Shown here: in pieces, positions 20,365 through 29,195 of the stretch
Layout of the letters: the number at the start of each line of letters is the position of its first letter
Position numbering within the stretch: the stretch's first letter is position 1
From: Thermotogota bacterium
Lineage (GTDB): Bacteria; Thermotogota; Thermotogae; UBA12178
NCBI GenBank assembly: GCA_021161835.1
Contig: JAGGZV010000097.1
Coordinates: 4,646-68,645 of the forward strand
DNA length: 64,000 nt
Direction: 5' to 3'
The notes under the pieces: generated by a model
The model's input: the letters and a program-made list of their open reading frames with translations, nothing else
Databases searched by the model: none
Told to the model about the DNA's origin: nothing
Made by a program: the position numbers and the translations under genes

Positions 20365-21297
20365 ATGTTGTACCTGCTCACTCTATTTTTGGGTTTATTC
20401 CTCCTGGTTAAAGGTGCCAATATAACCATAGACGGAGCCAGCAAGCTCGCCAAACGTCTGGGAGTAAGCGAGTTGTTCATAGGTTTATCGATAGTGTCCG
20501 TAGGTACGAGCCTTCCTGAACTCGTGGTGAGTGTGCGAGCCGCCGTACTCAACAGTGGTGTTAGCATATCAAACATAATGGGCAGCAATATAGCAAATCT
20601 TGCACTCGCACTGGGATTGGCCGCCACCGTACATCCCATTCATCTTGAGAACAGTTCTTTTAAATACGAACTGCCTTTTTGCACTCTGCTCAGTATCGTT
20701 TTCGGAACCATGGTGCTCTGGCATACTCCTCCGATACTGGTCCGGTGGGAAGGATACATACTTCTATTGTTCCTTGCTGCATTTTTATGGTATCTGTATA
20801 AAATGGGAACGAAAAAAACGGTACATTTAGAAACGGAAAACGATCACAAAGTATGGAAACTTGTGATGATCACCGCGCTCGGATTGGCAGGGGTCATGAT
20901 AGGAGGAGACATGGCAGTGAAATCGGCGGTGAAGTTCGCAAAAGCTGCAGGAATAACGGAAACACTGATAGGTGTATCGGCCATCGCCATCGGCACATCA
21001 TTACCGGAAATAGTGACAACGGTGACAGCCATGCTGAAAAAACGCTCCTCTTTAGCCTTTGGCAACATCATAGGTTCGAATGTTATCAACATAGCACTGA
21101 TAATGGGGGTGTCGGCAACCATAAGACCCATCGGTCTGGATGTGGAAAAACCCATTGTGGATGTCCTGTATATGATATCGTTACCCGTTTTTCTATTACT
21201 GACAATGGGAGAAAGGAAAACCATAAGTAAAGGTATGGGAGTCTTACTGCTCACTTCATACACTTTTTACATGACCTATGTCTTTTTCAGAGGTTGA
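20365..21297 (+). CDS. Ca2+/Na+ antiporter (YrbG/CaCA family)
   Basis: 310-aa multi-TM protein with two alpha-repeats, GTSLPELVVSV and GTSLPEIVTTV. Confidence 0.85.
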   Translation: MLYLLTLFLGLFLLVKGANITIDGASKLAKRLGVSELFIGLSIVSVGTSLPELVVSVRAAVLNSGVSISNIMGSNIANLALALGLAATVHPIHLENSSFKYELPFCTLLSIVFGTMVLWHTPPILVRWEGYILLLFLAAFLWYLYKMGTKKTVHLETENDHKVWKLVMITALGLAGVMIGGDMAVKSAVKFAKAAGITETLIGVSAIAIGTSLPEIVTTVTAMLKKRSSLAFGNIIGSNVINIALIMGVSATIRPIGLDVEKPIVDVLYMISLPVFLLLTMGERKTISKGMGVLLLTSYTFYMTYVFFRG

Positions 21298-21332
21298 ATT
21301 GCTCCCCTTTCTCTGTTATAATTAACACTGCC

Positions 21333-21408
21333 GGGGACGTGGTGCAGCGGTTAGCATGCCGGTCTGTCACACCGGTGGTCGCGGGTTCGAGTCCCGTCGT
21401 CCCCGCCA
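21333..21408 (+). tRNA. tRNA-Asp (anticodon GTC), CCA encoded
   Basis: Hand-folded cloverleaf. Acceptor GGGGACG/CGTCCCC; D arm GTGC-AGCGGTTA-GCAT; anticodon arm CCGGT-CTGTCAC-ACCGG; T arm GCGGG-TTCGAGT-CCCGT; discriminator G followed by CCA. Confidence 0.95.
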
Positions 21409-21410
21409 GG

Positions 21411-21440
21411 GAGGCTGGAAAAACCAGCCTCTTTTTGTTT
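21411..21440 (+). terminator. rho-independent terminator after tRNA-Asp
   Basis: GAGGCTGG-aaaaa-CCAGCCTC followed by TTTTTGTTTT. Confidence 0.8.
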
Positions 21441-21552
21441 TATGTAATATTGCTGATCGGTTCGTGATAGAATAAGATCAAATAAATGTGATAAAACGCA
21501 TATGATAGAAGTCAAAGGTTCTCCAGCATGTATTTCGGAGGTGATCGTCATT

Positions 21553-23958
21553 ATGAAAACAGGTATGAAAGTTTTTCTGGGTTACCTCGTAATGATGATA
21601 GCCGTAGTTTTGATGGTTCTTGGTACCCATCTTCAGGTTCAACAAGCCAGAAAAGCAGGTGAAGAAACCATAAATTCTCTCAATGCTACTTTGAAAGGTT
21701 TGGAGAAAAATCAAAAAATAGCAGAAACTTTTCAAGCATTTGTGAACTCCAACATCGCTTTGATGTCCACTGGTTACTTTGATGAAGCGGACAAAATGTA
21801 TGAAATGCAGAAAATAGCTTTGGATAGTATAAAAGAATCTCGAGAAATTCTCAGCAGTTTTGAAGCTACAACATCTGAGTTTTATAAAAAAGTCGAATCG
21901 ATTCTTGATACTCTGGAAGAAAATGCCAGGTCACTTTCCTTACAGGGTATGAGATTGAAGGCCCAGGAAACACTGGAAACTTACAAACAACAGCTGAAAA
22001 GACAGGAACAGGAAGTGGCAAGGATAGAGAAAGAAGTGGAAAAAATTGTGGAGGAAAATCCAAAAGCATGGGAAGATTTGATGAACAAAGTAGCACAGTA
22101 TCAGGAAGAAACACTTCAGTATACATACGATCTGGAAGGAGGTCGGAGTTTCCGACAGAGAATAAGAGAAGAGGTAAATCTCAACGAACTGGGATTGTGG
22201 CAAATAGAAGGCCTGTGGAATTCCGTTACTCTTCCCACTATATGGGGTGTGGAATCCGACCTGAACTATCTTCAATTGATAGCCCGCAAAGCCGTTACTC
22301 AAACAGGTGATGCCCAACAAAAGAGCCTCGCGGAGGTGGACAAAACCATCAAAAAGATAAAAAAGCTCATAGAGGACACCACAGCCCAGGACTACGCTAT
22401 GTTGAGTGCTGCTGATGCGGAATTGGTGATACTGAGTGTGGACACATATTCCAAGAAATTGAAAGACTACATATCACTCTCAGAACAACTCAAAAATGCT
22501 CGTGATTTTTACACATTTCTGGTGATGAACTACATGACCACGCAGGAAGAATTTCGAAATCTCACAAGACAAATGGGTGAAGATTTCACCAACAATGTAA
22601 TACCACGTTTAAATGAACTCGCTCAACTCCTCAATACCAAAAGAAATGAAGTTAACAGTGAATTGAATTCCATGCTCAAAAACGTTCAGGCAAGCGCAGA
22701 AAAAGTTCAAAAAGGTATAGAAAATATCTTCAATCTCTTCGTTGTCGTTGCGGTTATAGTACTGGCTGTTTCCGTAGTATTAACCATGGTCTTGAATCGT
22801 TCCATCGCAACTCCTCTCAAAAAACTGGCTGGTCTTGCAGGAAAAATAGCACAAAAAGACCTTTCCTCTGTACCCAAAACCATTAAACGCAAAGATGAAA
22901 TAGGAGAAGTGCACAATACTTTTGCACAAATGGTTGGTATTTTAAGAGAAACCGTGGAAGAACTAAAAGAAGTTTCAAGTGTTGTGAGTGAACAATCACA
23001 GAATATAGCAGCATCAGTTGAAGAAAGTTCTGCCACATCTCAGGAAGTATCAGCAGGTGTGAACGAATTTCATGATAGTTTATCAACAGCTGTCAACAGT
23101 CTTGTAGATGTGGTAACCAAACTTGAAGAATTGAAAAATTCTTCAGAGCAAATGAGCAAAGAAACGGAAGCATTGGTTTCAAGAATAGATGAATTTACCA
23201 AAGATATAGAAAAAGACAGTGAAGACGTTGAACAGGTGGCTGAACTCGCCATAAGTATAGGAAAGAAAGTCGAAGGGAACGTCAAGGAAATGGAAAAACT
23301 AACAGAGATCACCGAAGTTGTATCAAAATTTGTGGGAAATATAAGAGGTATAGCAGAACAAACCAATCTGCTGGCTCTCAATGCAGCAATAGAAGCAGCA
23401 CGTGCAGGAGAAGCAGGTAGAGGTTTTGCAGTAGTAGCCGATGAAGTAAGAAAACTGGCAGAAGAATCCAGTCGTATAGCTTCAGAAGTCCAAAATGCCA
23501 TTGCACAGGTGAATGAAAATGTAAGTATGGTTGTAAAAGCAACTACAGAAAGTGTGAAAGATGTAGAAAAAATAGTGGAAAACGTCAAAGATGTAAGTGC
23601 ACGTATGCGTGAAATAGCCAATTCTGTCAAAAGTGTGGCAGAAAGTGTGAAAAATTATTCTGAATCTACGCTCAAAGTTGGACAGGATGTAGGAACACTT
23701 GCAGGACGTGCCAAAGATATTGGAGATAGTTTTTCCAACATGATCTCTACATTGAGTGTGATAAACGATTCTATAAGTGGTATCTCAAAAACTCTCGAAG
23801 AATTGGCAAAAGGTTCAGAAGAAATGGCAGGATTGGCAAGAAAACTGGATGGTATAGTAATGCAATACAAACTCGAGGAGGAAAAGGAAGAAGAGGAAAA
23901 GAAAGAAACGGAAGAAAAACCAGAAGAATCGGAAGAAGAAAAACCAGAAGAACAATAA
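21553..23958 (+). CDS. methyl-accepting chemotaxis protein
   Basis: TM1 ([18 protein letters not shown]), a ~370-aa helical ectodomain, TM2 ([20 protein letters not shown]) and a HAMP domain. The signalling hairpin [40 protein letters not shown] is conserved. ATG 21553 has GGAGGTGA 8 nt upstream. Confidence 0.9.
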   Translation: MKTGMKVFLGYLVMMIAVVLMVLGTHLQVQQARKAGEETINSLNATLKGLEKNQKIAETFQAFVNSNIALMSTGYFDEADKMYEMQKIALDSIKESREILSSFEATTSEFYKKVESILDTLEENARSLSLQGMRLKAQETLETYKQQLKRQEQEVARIEKEVEKIVEENPKAWEDLMNKVAQYQEETLQYTYDLEGGRSFRQRIREEVNLNELGLWQIEGLWNSVTLPTIWGVESDLNYLQLIARKAVTQTGDAQQKSLAEVDKTIKKIKKLIEDTTAQDYAMLSAADAELVILSVDTYSKKLKDYISLSEQLKNARDFYTFLVMNYMTTQEEFRNLTRQMGEDFTNNVIPRLNELAQLLNTKRNEVNSELNSMLKNVQASAEKVQKGIENIFNLFVVVAVIVLAVSVVLTMVLNRSIATPLKKLAGLAGKIAQKDLSSVPKTIKRKDEIGEVHNTFAQMVGILRETVEELKEVSSVVSEQSQNIAASVEESSATSQEVSAGVNEFHDSLSTAVNSLVDVVTKLEELKNSSEQMSKETEALVSRIDEFTKDIEKDSEDVEQVAELAISIGKKVEGNVKEMEKLTEITEVVSKFVGNIRGIAEQTNLLALNAAIEAARAGEAGRGFAVVADEVRKLAEESSRIASEVQNAIAQVNENVSMVVKATTESVKDVEKIVENVKDVSARMREIANSVKSVAESVKNYSESTLKVGQDVGTLAGRAKDIGDSFSNMISTLSVINDSISGISKTLEELAKGSEEMAGLARKLDGIVMQYKLEEEKEEEEKKETEEKPEESEEEKPEEQ

Positions 23959-23984
23959 AAAGCCCTCCAACCGGAGGGCTTTTA
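23957..23984. terminator. bidirectional terminator hairpin between convergent genes
   Basis: AGCCCTCC-aacc-GGAGGGCT flanked by AAAA and TTTT. Lies between the MCP stop (23958) and the minus-strand pilin gene stop (23985). Confidence 0.7.
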
Positions 23985-24386
23985 TCATTCGCCTCTTCTT
24001 ACTACGTGCAGCTTGATGATCCTACTGTTACCCTCATGGAAATCCATCGTCGCAATGATGGTCACGAGATACGTTCCATGAAACAAGGGATGATCGAACC
24101 TTTCCTCTCGTACATCAACGTTCAAATCGAAACCATCCGCTTGCTCTTTAAGGATCGAGAGTGCTTCCCGTACTGAGTCGTCTTCGAGAATATGCTTTAC
24201 ACTGGAAATCTGCACCACTTTACTCATGGATACCAGTGAGTCGAGAACGCTCGTGGTTGCCATGTTCTTTCTAACGTTTTCGGACGCCCTCAAAACTGCA
24301 GGAATACCTGCAAGTGCTATCATCGCAACCACGAGCGCTATCAACAACCCTATCAACACTTCAACTATCGTGAAGCCTTTTCTCAA
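23985..24386 (-). CDS. prepilin-type N-terminal cleavage/methylation domain protein (type IV pilin / pseudopilin-like)
   Basis: Class III signal MRKG|FTIVEVLIGLLIALVVAMIALAG, with Gly-1, Phe+1 and Glu+5. I place the start at TTG 24386 (GAGGTGG 6 nt upstream); ORF-track GTG 24395 lies in that RBS. Confidence 0.75.
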   Translation of the reverse strand: MRKGFTIVEVLIGLLIALVVAMIALAGIPAVLRASENVRKNMATTSVLDSLVSMSKVVQISSVKHILEDDSVREALSILKEQADGFDLNVDVREERFDHPLFHGTYLVTIIATMDFHEGNSRIIKLHVVRRGE

Positions 24387-24388
24387 CG

Positions 24389-26209
24389 TTACCACCTCAA
24401 ATCGTGGATGCGACCTTTTTCTGAATCTCCCAACTCACCTATGATTTCCGCGTTGCCATCTGAAAGCCTCAGATCGTGAACGAAGTTGATACTCTTACCC
24501 GTAATATCAAGAGGAGTTTTCTGTATAACACCACCGAATATCGAGGTGTCATTGAAAGTAACTCCCTCCCTGAGAGAATGCATCACAGCCATGACGAGAT
24601 CAACTCCGTTGTCAATCTTCACGTTTCTCATTGCCACCAGCGACAGGACAGTGTTATCATCAGTGTCCATGGCTTTGTCTCGCCAGATAGCAGGATTATC
24701 GAACCCCGTCAGAAATTCATAAACCGTTCTGACCTTAATCTGTATGGAAGATCTGGAGAATATACCCAATGATCCTTTCAAAACGTTCATGTCAACTCCG
24801 GGATAGGCAACAACATCGATTCCATCATCCGCCATGATCACACCGTTGAAGGAGAAATTACGTAGCTTCGAGCCGCATCTTATCGTCGCGTTGTAGGGTG
24901 GAGAGGATGAAGGAACATAGCTCAAAACATACTCCGTACCATTATCATCCAGAATTCTCACGTACATTTTTGGGTCCAGGTAATTGTACGATACTGTGAG
25001 CTTCCCAGGACTCCTCAAACCTGTGATTCCTGATGCGCCCGATTCAATCACTTCTTCTATGAACGTCGTTTGCGATTCGATATCATCCATGTATTCATCA
25101 GCTGAGAAATTGTCGAAGATATCGGGTACTCTTTCTACCGTTGGTACGTCTACCTCACCCATCTCGTACCCTTTTTTGAAGATTCCAAAACCGCCTGGAG
25201 GAATCACCGGTTGTTTTGAGAGATACACCACATCTTCAAAGGAAAAGGTTGGAGTGTAGTATTCGATGGTAAGAGTATCGGCAACGTGTACAGGCTTATA
25301 AAAGTAAACAACGTTTATTTGGTTACCCCTGAACTCCATGTTGTGCGAAACATATACGGGACCATAGAATCTTGCCACAGACGCCCATTCGCATATGAAA
25401 TCCCCGTTCACTGTCAAAGTACCATGATAAGTGGTGTTGGAAAGCCTCAATGTTATGGGACCACCTTCACCGAACTCCACGGAGTCGTGGAATTCAACGT
25501 TTGAGCAGTTATACGTTTTTATAACGCCGTTGATCCGTACAGGGCCGTGAAACTGCACATCGGCAAGAGAAAGCATTTCAAGGGAAGTGGAAGGAAGTGT
25601 CAAAGGTCCATAGAAATTCACAGTTTCCCATCCACTACTTCCGCTCAATCTCACCGGTGCGGGTGTATAAAGCAATGTCATATACACATAAGAACAATCC
25701 TTTCCTCGACAGAAAGTAGCGTAAGAGAAATAATTACCCACCCTGGCCACGAACAGCATTCTATCGTTTTCTATAGCAAAAACATAGGACTCCAGTGATT
25801 CATCAACGGGAAGGTACTCTCTTTCCTGAAGCTCTGTAATGACCTCTGCGAGATCATCGGATAACCTTGCCCATCTTTGTAAAGTGGTGGCATCCTTCAC
25901 AACTTCTATCCATTGCTCACCATCTTCTTTCTTCTGCAAGAATTCCACGAAATTCTTCAGAAAATTCTTACACTTTGCGTCTATTTCCTTGTCCGTAAGC
26001 AGAGGATTAGTGCTGCTATAGTAATCTATGGACAACATTAGCAGGTTCACAGGAGCGATCTTTACTTTCTGGGCGATCTCCGTTTGCCTTACTACACTGA
26101 GCGTGGAAACCCTCATCACATTGGAAGAAGCCACCAGCACAACAACGATGAAGATGGAGATGACAACAAGTATCGTCAAGGCATACACAATGACATATCC
26201 TTTCCTCAT
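24389..26209 (-). CDS. large pilin-like protein (PilX_N-like hydrophobic anchor, helical region, beta-helix-like repeats)
   Basis: With ATG 26209 (GGGGAGGGGG 6 nt upstream) the N-terminus is MRKG|YVIVYALTILVVISIFIVVVLV. This has the same MRKG leader as the downstream prepilin but Tyr at +5. The rest has no family I can name. Confidence 0.6.
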   Translation of the reverse strand: MRKGYVIVYALTILVVISIFIVVVLVASSNVMRVSTLSVVRQTEIAQKVKIAPVNLLMLSIDYYSSTNPLLTDKEIDAKCKNFLKNFVEFLQKKEDGEQWIEVVKDATTLQRWARLSDDLAEVITELQEREYLPVDESLESYVFAIENDRMLFVARVGNYFSYATFCRGKDCSYVYMTLLYTPAPVRLSGSSGWETVNFYGPLTLPSTSLEMLSLADVQFHGPVRINGVIKTYNCSNVEFHDSVEFGEGGPITLRLSNTTYHGTLTVNGDFICEWASVARFYGPVYVSHNMEFRGNQINVVYFYKPVHVADTLTIEYYTPTFSFEDVVYLSKQPVIPPGGFGIFKKGYEMGEVDVPTVERVPDIFDNFSADEYMDDIESQTTFIEEVIESGASGITGLRSPGKLTVSYNYLDPKMYVRILDDNGTEYVLSYVPSSSPPYNATIRCGSKLRNFSFNGVIMADDGIDVVAYPGVDMNVLKGSLGIFSRSSIQIKVRTVYEFLTGFDNPAIWRDKAMDTDDNTVLSLVAMRNVKIDNGVDLVMAVMHSLREGVTFNDTSIFGGVIQKTPLDITGKSINFVHDLRLSDGNAEIIGELGDSEKGRIHDLRW

Positions 26210-26238
26210 CGTATTCCCCCTCCCCACTCTATCATTCA

Positions 26239-26709
26239 TCAATTCATCATGTTGACAAGTGGAATCATGAACTGTTTACTGAGCTTCTTTTCTACTCCTT
26301 GCACGCTGTAAATGTATTCCGAGATTACCAATATGTTACCCTGTCCCATGTGAGAAGCGTCGATCTTTACGCGCGTGATGTTATCATAACGATGGGGTAC
26401 ACCGTTTACGACGAGTACCACTCCACCATCTGACTGCACCACCTGGATGTTGAAGTCAATGTAACTATCGAGTACCTTGACCTTTCCTGTGATAGCACCA
26501 TCAGAATTCACGAAGATTTCACTCGCCATGCAGAGAAATTTCCTGATGATGTTCACCAACGAAATGGTATCCATCATGTAAGCCTGCTCTTCGTATGGCG
26601 GTCTTACATAAACGCTCACACATTGCAAAGTGGTGAGAAAAGAGGTCCACAACATCAGCATCAAGATCATCATTATGGTTGTGGACACCAAAAGCTCCGG
26701 TAAGTTCAC
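26239..26709 (-). CDS. pilin-like protein lacking a leader peptide
   Basis: GTG 26709 (GGGGAGG 5 nt upstream) gives MNLPELLVSTTIMMILMLMLW. This is the xxLPELLV pilin helix with Glu at position 5 and nothing before position 1. An in-frame TGA lies 12 codons upstream. Confidence 0.6.
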   Translation of the reverse strand: MNLPELLVSTTIMMILMLMLWTSFLTTLQCVSVYVRPPYEEQAYMMDTISLVNIIRKFLCMASEIFVNSDGAITGKVKVLDSYIDFNIQVVQSDGGVVLVVNGVPHRYDNITRVKIDASHMGQGNILVISEYIYSVQGVEKKLSKQFMIPLVNMMN

Positions 26710-26742
26710 TCTTTCCTCCCCTTTGTGAACCGGTATCCCCTT

Positions 26743-27735
26743 TCATTCCAGTTTTACCACTTTCGTCAAATTGCGAGGATTCTCGACATCTAATCCCTTT
26801 CTTTCGGCTATTTTCAGTCCCAGAACTTGAGCGAAGGTAGGTCTCATGAAAATTTCTTCTGGCACGATTTCAGAAGTTTCCACATCTCCTTTTAACCCGA
26901 CCGTGATAACCTTCCCACCATATCTGGTGAGCTCATCTTTCAGCTTTTTCTCTTCTTTTTCGCCTCTGACATACATTATTATCAACACACCGCTCTCGAC
27001 GAGCGCCTTGGGACCATGACGATACTCGTACATCGAATAAGCTTCAACCTTCGAAAGTGACATTTCTTCAAGCTTCAACGCTCCCTCGCGTGCTATACCC
27101 TCATAAATGCCCGTACCGAGAAATACGTAATGTTCATATTCCATCAGATCTTCCATTTCCACGACTTCAAAGGATCGCTGGAGAACCAATCCCATTCGTT
27201 CTATCAACTGCCCGTATATCTCAACGTTCTTGCCAACCATTCTGTCCACCAGTATCTCAAAACTCATGAGAAGAAGATTGAAAGATTTCGTCATAACCAG
27301 AGATTCCTCTTCCACAGGTGGTATCAGGCTGACATCAGCCAGCTGAACAAGCGAACTATCAGGTTCTATGGTTACCCCAATAGTGGGTATTCCCATCTTT
27401 TTCAGCACTTTACCCGCTCTTATGACTTCCGTGGATTCACCTGAACGCGAAATCAGGACAGCTGAACGCTTTAATTTTCCACCACCAACGTTTTCTGCAA
27501 ATTCAAAGGTTATCTCACCACCGGGAATGGCCTTGGTTTCCACCCCTGTTCTCAATGTCAGAAAACGAGAGGCACTCACACTAAAATTGTATGAAGAACC
27601 ACAGCCAACGAAATAAACCATATCGGAATTTGACAGTATGTCAAACATCCTACAAAAATCTGTTTTGGTAGCATAGTCATATACTCTTCCGGCGTCGGCA
27701 ACGACCTCACGTATTTCCTTTTCCACTTTCGTCAC
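26743..27735 (-). CDS. SIS-domain sugar-phosphate isomerase/aminotransferase-like protein (GlmS isomerase-domain / AgaS / FrlB family)
   Basis: Two SIS-type segments (VYFVGCGSSYNFSVSA ... AVLISRSGESTEV and YVFLGTGIYEGIAREGALKLEEMS). GTG 27735 has GGAGGG 6 nt upstream. Confidence 0.8.
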   Translation of the reverse strand: MTKVEKEIREVVADAGRVYDYATKTDFCRMFDILSNSDMVYFVGCGSSYNFSVSASRFLTLRTGVETKAIPGGEITFEFAENVGGGKLKRSAVLISRSGESTEVIRAGKVLKKMGIPTIGVTIEPDSSLVQLADVSLIPPVEEESLVMTKSFNLLLMSFEILVDRMVGKNVEIYGQLIERMGLVLQRSFEVVEMEDLMEYEHYVFLGTGIYEGIAREGALKLEEMSLSKVEAYSMYEYRHGPKALVESGVLIIMYVRGEKEEKKLKDELTRYGGKVITVGLKGDVETSEIVPEEIFMRPTFAQVLGLKIAERKGLDVENPRNLTKVVKLE

Positions 27736-27772
27736 TCCGATCCCTCCTTCACCGAATCAGATCACGAACGAA

Positions 27773-27815
27773 ATCGATCATTTTGTGCAAATTATTATAG
27801 CACAATGTGATCGTT
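27773..27815. promoter_or_regulatory. 43-bp imperfect palindrome (candidate operator) enclosing an extended -10 (TGcTATAAT, minus strand 27802..27794)
   Basis: atCGATCAttTTGTGC-N11-GCACAAtgTGATCGtt; the arms match 13 of 16 positions. The inner TTGTGC/GCACAA repeat is perfect. The N11 spacer carries the minus-strand TATAAT about 59 nt upstream of the SIS gene start. Confidence 0.45.
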
Positions 27816-27874
27816 CACGATCGAGAGTGCAATGAGCGATGATGGAGTATGAAGAACTGGAATGAAACATTTAC

Positions 27875-27903
27875 TTGAACAACACGGCTGCATGAAGTAT
27901 AAT
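27875..27903 (+). promoter_or_regulatory. sigma-70-type promoter of the arg operon
   Basis: TTGAAC, a 17-nt spacer, then TATAAT, ending 24 nt upstream of the argG ATG (AGGAG at 27918). Confidence 0.6.
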
Positions 27904-27926
27904 AGGGAAAATCTTCCAGGAGAGTG

Positions 27927-29195
27927 ATGAGAGCGGTGAAGAAAAAAGTAGTGCTCGCATACAGTGGTGGACTGGATACCTCGGTTATACTCAAGTGGCT
28001 GGTTGAAAAAGGGTTTGAAGTGATAGCCTTCGTGGGTAACATGGGACAACGCGATGATTTCGAAGAGATAAAACATAAAGCCCTCCTTACAGGGGCTTCA
28101 AAGGTATACATAGAAGATTTAAGGCGTGAATTCGTAACCGATTTCATCTTCACCGCTTTGATGGGGAACGCTGTTTATGAAGGAAGATATCTCCTTGGTA
28201 CTTCCATTGCACGGCCATTACTCGCCAAAAGACAGGTGGAAATAGCGGAAAAGGAAGGTGCGGAATATGTTGCACATGGAGCCACAGGAAAGGGCAACGA
28301 TCAGGTAAGATTTGAGCTGACCTACGCCGCCTTGAACCCTCATCTCAAAGTGATCGCACCTTGGAAGGACCCCGAATTTTTGGAAAAGTTCAAGGGCAGA
28401 CCCGATCTCATAAAGTACGCGCGAGAAAAAGGGATACCGATAAAAGCCACAGAGGAAAAACCATACAGTGAAGATGAAAATCTTATGCACATCTCTCATG
28501 AAGCCGGGAAACTCGAAGACCCCATGTACAGACCCGATGAAAGTGTGTACAGTTTGACCGTCTCTCCAAAAGAAGCACCAGATGAGGAAACTATTCTGGA
28601 AATCCATTTCAAAGATGGTAAACCCGTTAAAGTGGTGAACCTGAAAGACGGCACAGAGAAAAACGATCCACTGGAATTGTTCGAGTACCTGAACGAGATA
28701 GGCAGAAAAAATGGTGTAGGGCGGGTGGACATGATAGAGAACCGATTTATAGGGATAAAGTCACGTGGAGTATATGAAACACCCGGTGCCACCATTCTCT
28801 GGGTAGCTCACAGAGATCTTGAAGGTATAGCCATGGACAAGGAAGTCATGCATTTAAGAGATATGCTGGTACCCAAATTTTCGGAGCTGATATACAACGG
28901 TTTCTGGTTTTCGCCGGAGATGGATTTCATTCTGGCAGCTTTCAAAAAAGCACAGGAAGCCATAGATGGTAAAGTCGTGGTTGCCGTGTACAAGGGCAAT
29001 GTGATGCCAGTGGGCAGAGACTCGCCCACTTCACTGTACGACGAGGAGTTGTCCAGCATGGACGTTGAAGGAGGGTTCAACGCCCTGGATGCGAGGGGAT
29101 TCATAAATATTCACGCTTTGAGATTGAAAGCTCACAACCTTGTACTGCGGAAGAGGAATCCTTACTCCTGGAGAAAGGAGATAACAGGTGGCTGA
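27927..29195 (+). CDS. argG: argininosuccinate synthase
   Basis: [12 protein letters not shown]-binding motif, plus [13 protein letters not shown] and SRGVYETPG. Confidence 0.95.
   Translation: MRAVKKKVVLAYSGGLDTSVILKWLVEKGFEVIAFVGNMGQRDDFEEIKHKALLTGASKVYIEDLRREFVTDFIFTALMGNAVYEGRYLLGTSIARPLLAKRQVEIAEKEGAEYVAHGATGKGNDQVRFELTYAALNPHLKVIAPWKDPEFLEKFKGRPDLIKYAREKGIPIKATEEKPYSEDENLMHISHEAGKLEDPMYRPDESVYSLTVSPKEAPDEETILEIHFKDGKPVKVVNLKDGTEKNDPLELFEYLNEIGRKNGVGRVDMIENRFIGIKSRGVYETPGATILWVAHRDLEGIAMDKEVMHLRDMLVPKFSELIYNGFWFSPEMDFILAAFKKAQEAIDGKVVVAVYKGNVMPVGRDSPTSLYDEELSSMDVEGGFNALDARGFINIHALRLKAHNLVLRKRNPYSWRKEITGG

Noticed and set aside
23070-23630. 186-aa minus-strand ORF
   Set aside because: Antisense to the highly conserved signalling domain of the MCP. 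The Ser/Thr/Ala-rich frame is the mirror of E/A/K-rich coding sequence.
26519-26746. 75-aa ORF whose ATG forms an ATGA overlap with the SIS gene stop
   Set aside because: The product is not protein-like (MKGDTGSQRGGKSELTGAFGVHNHNDD...) and lies in an alternative frame of the pilin-like gene, which has a strong RBS and a coherent hydrophobic helix. It is kept only as a caveat for a possible frameshift.
27840-27925. ArgR operator (ARG box, TNTGAATWWWWATTCANW) at the arg promoter
   Set aside because: There are only weak half-site resemblances (TGGAATGAAACATTTAC) and no convincing 18-bp palindrome, so it was not called.
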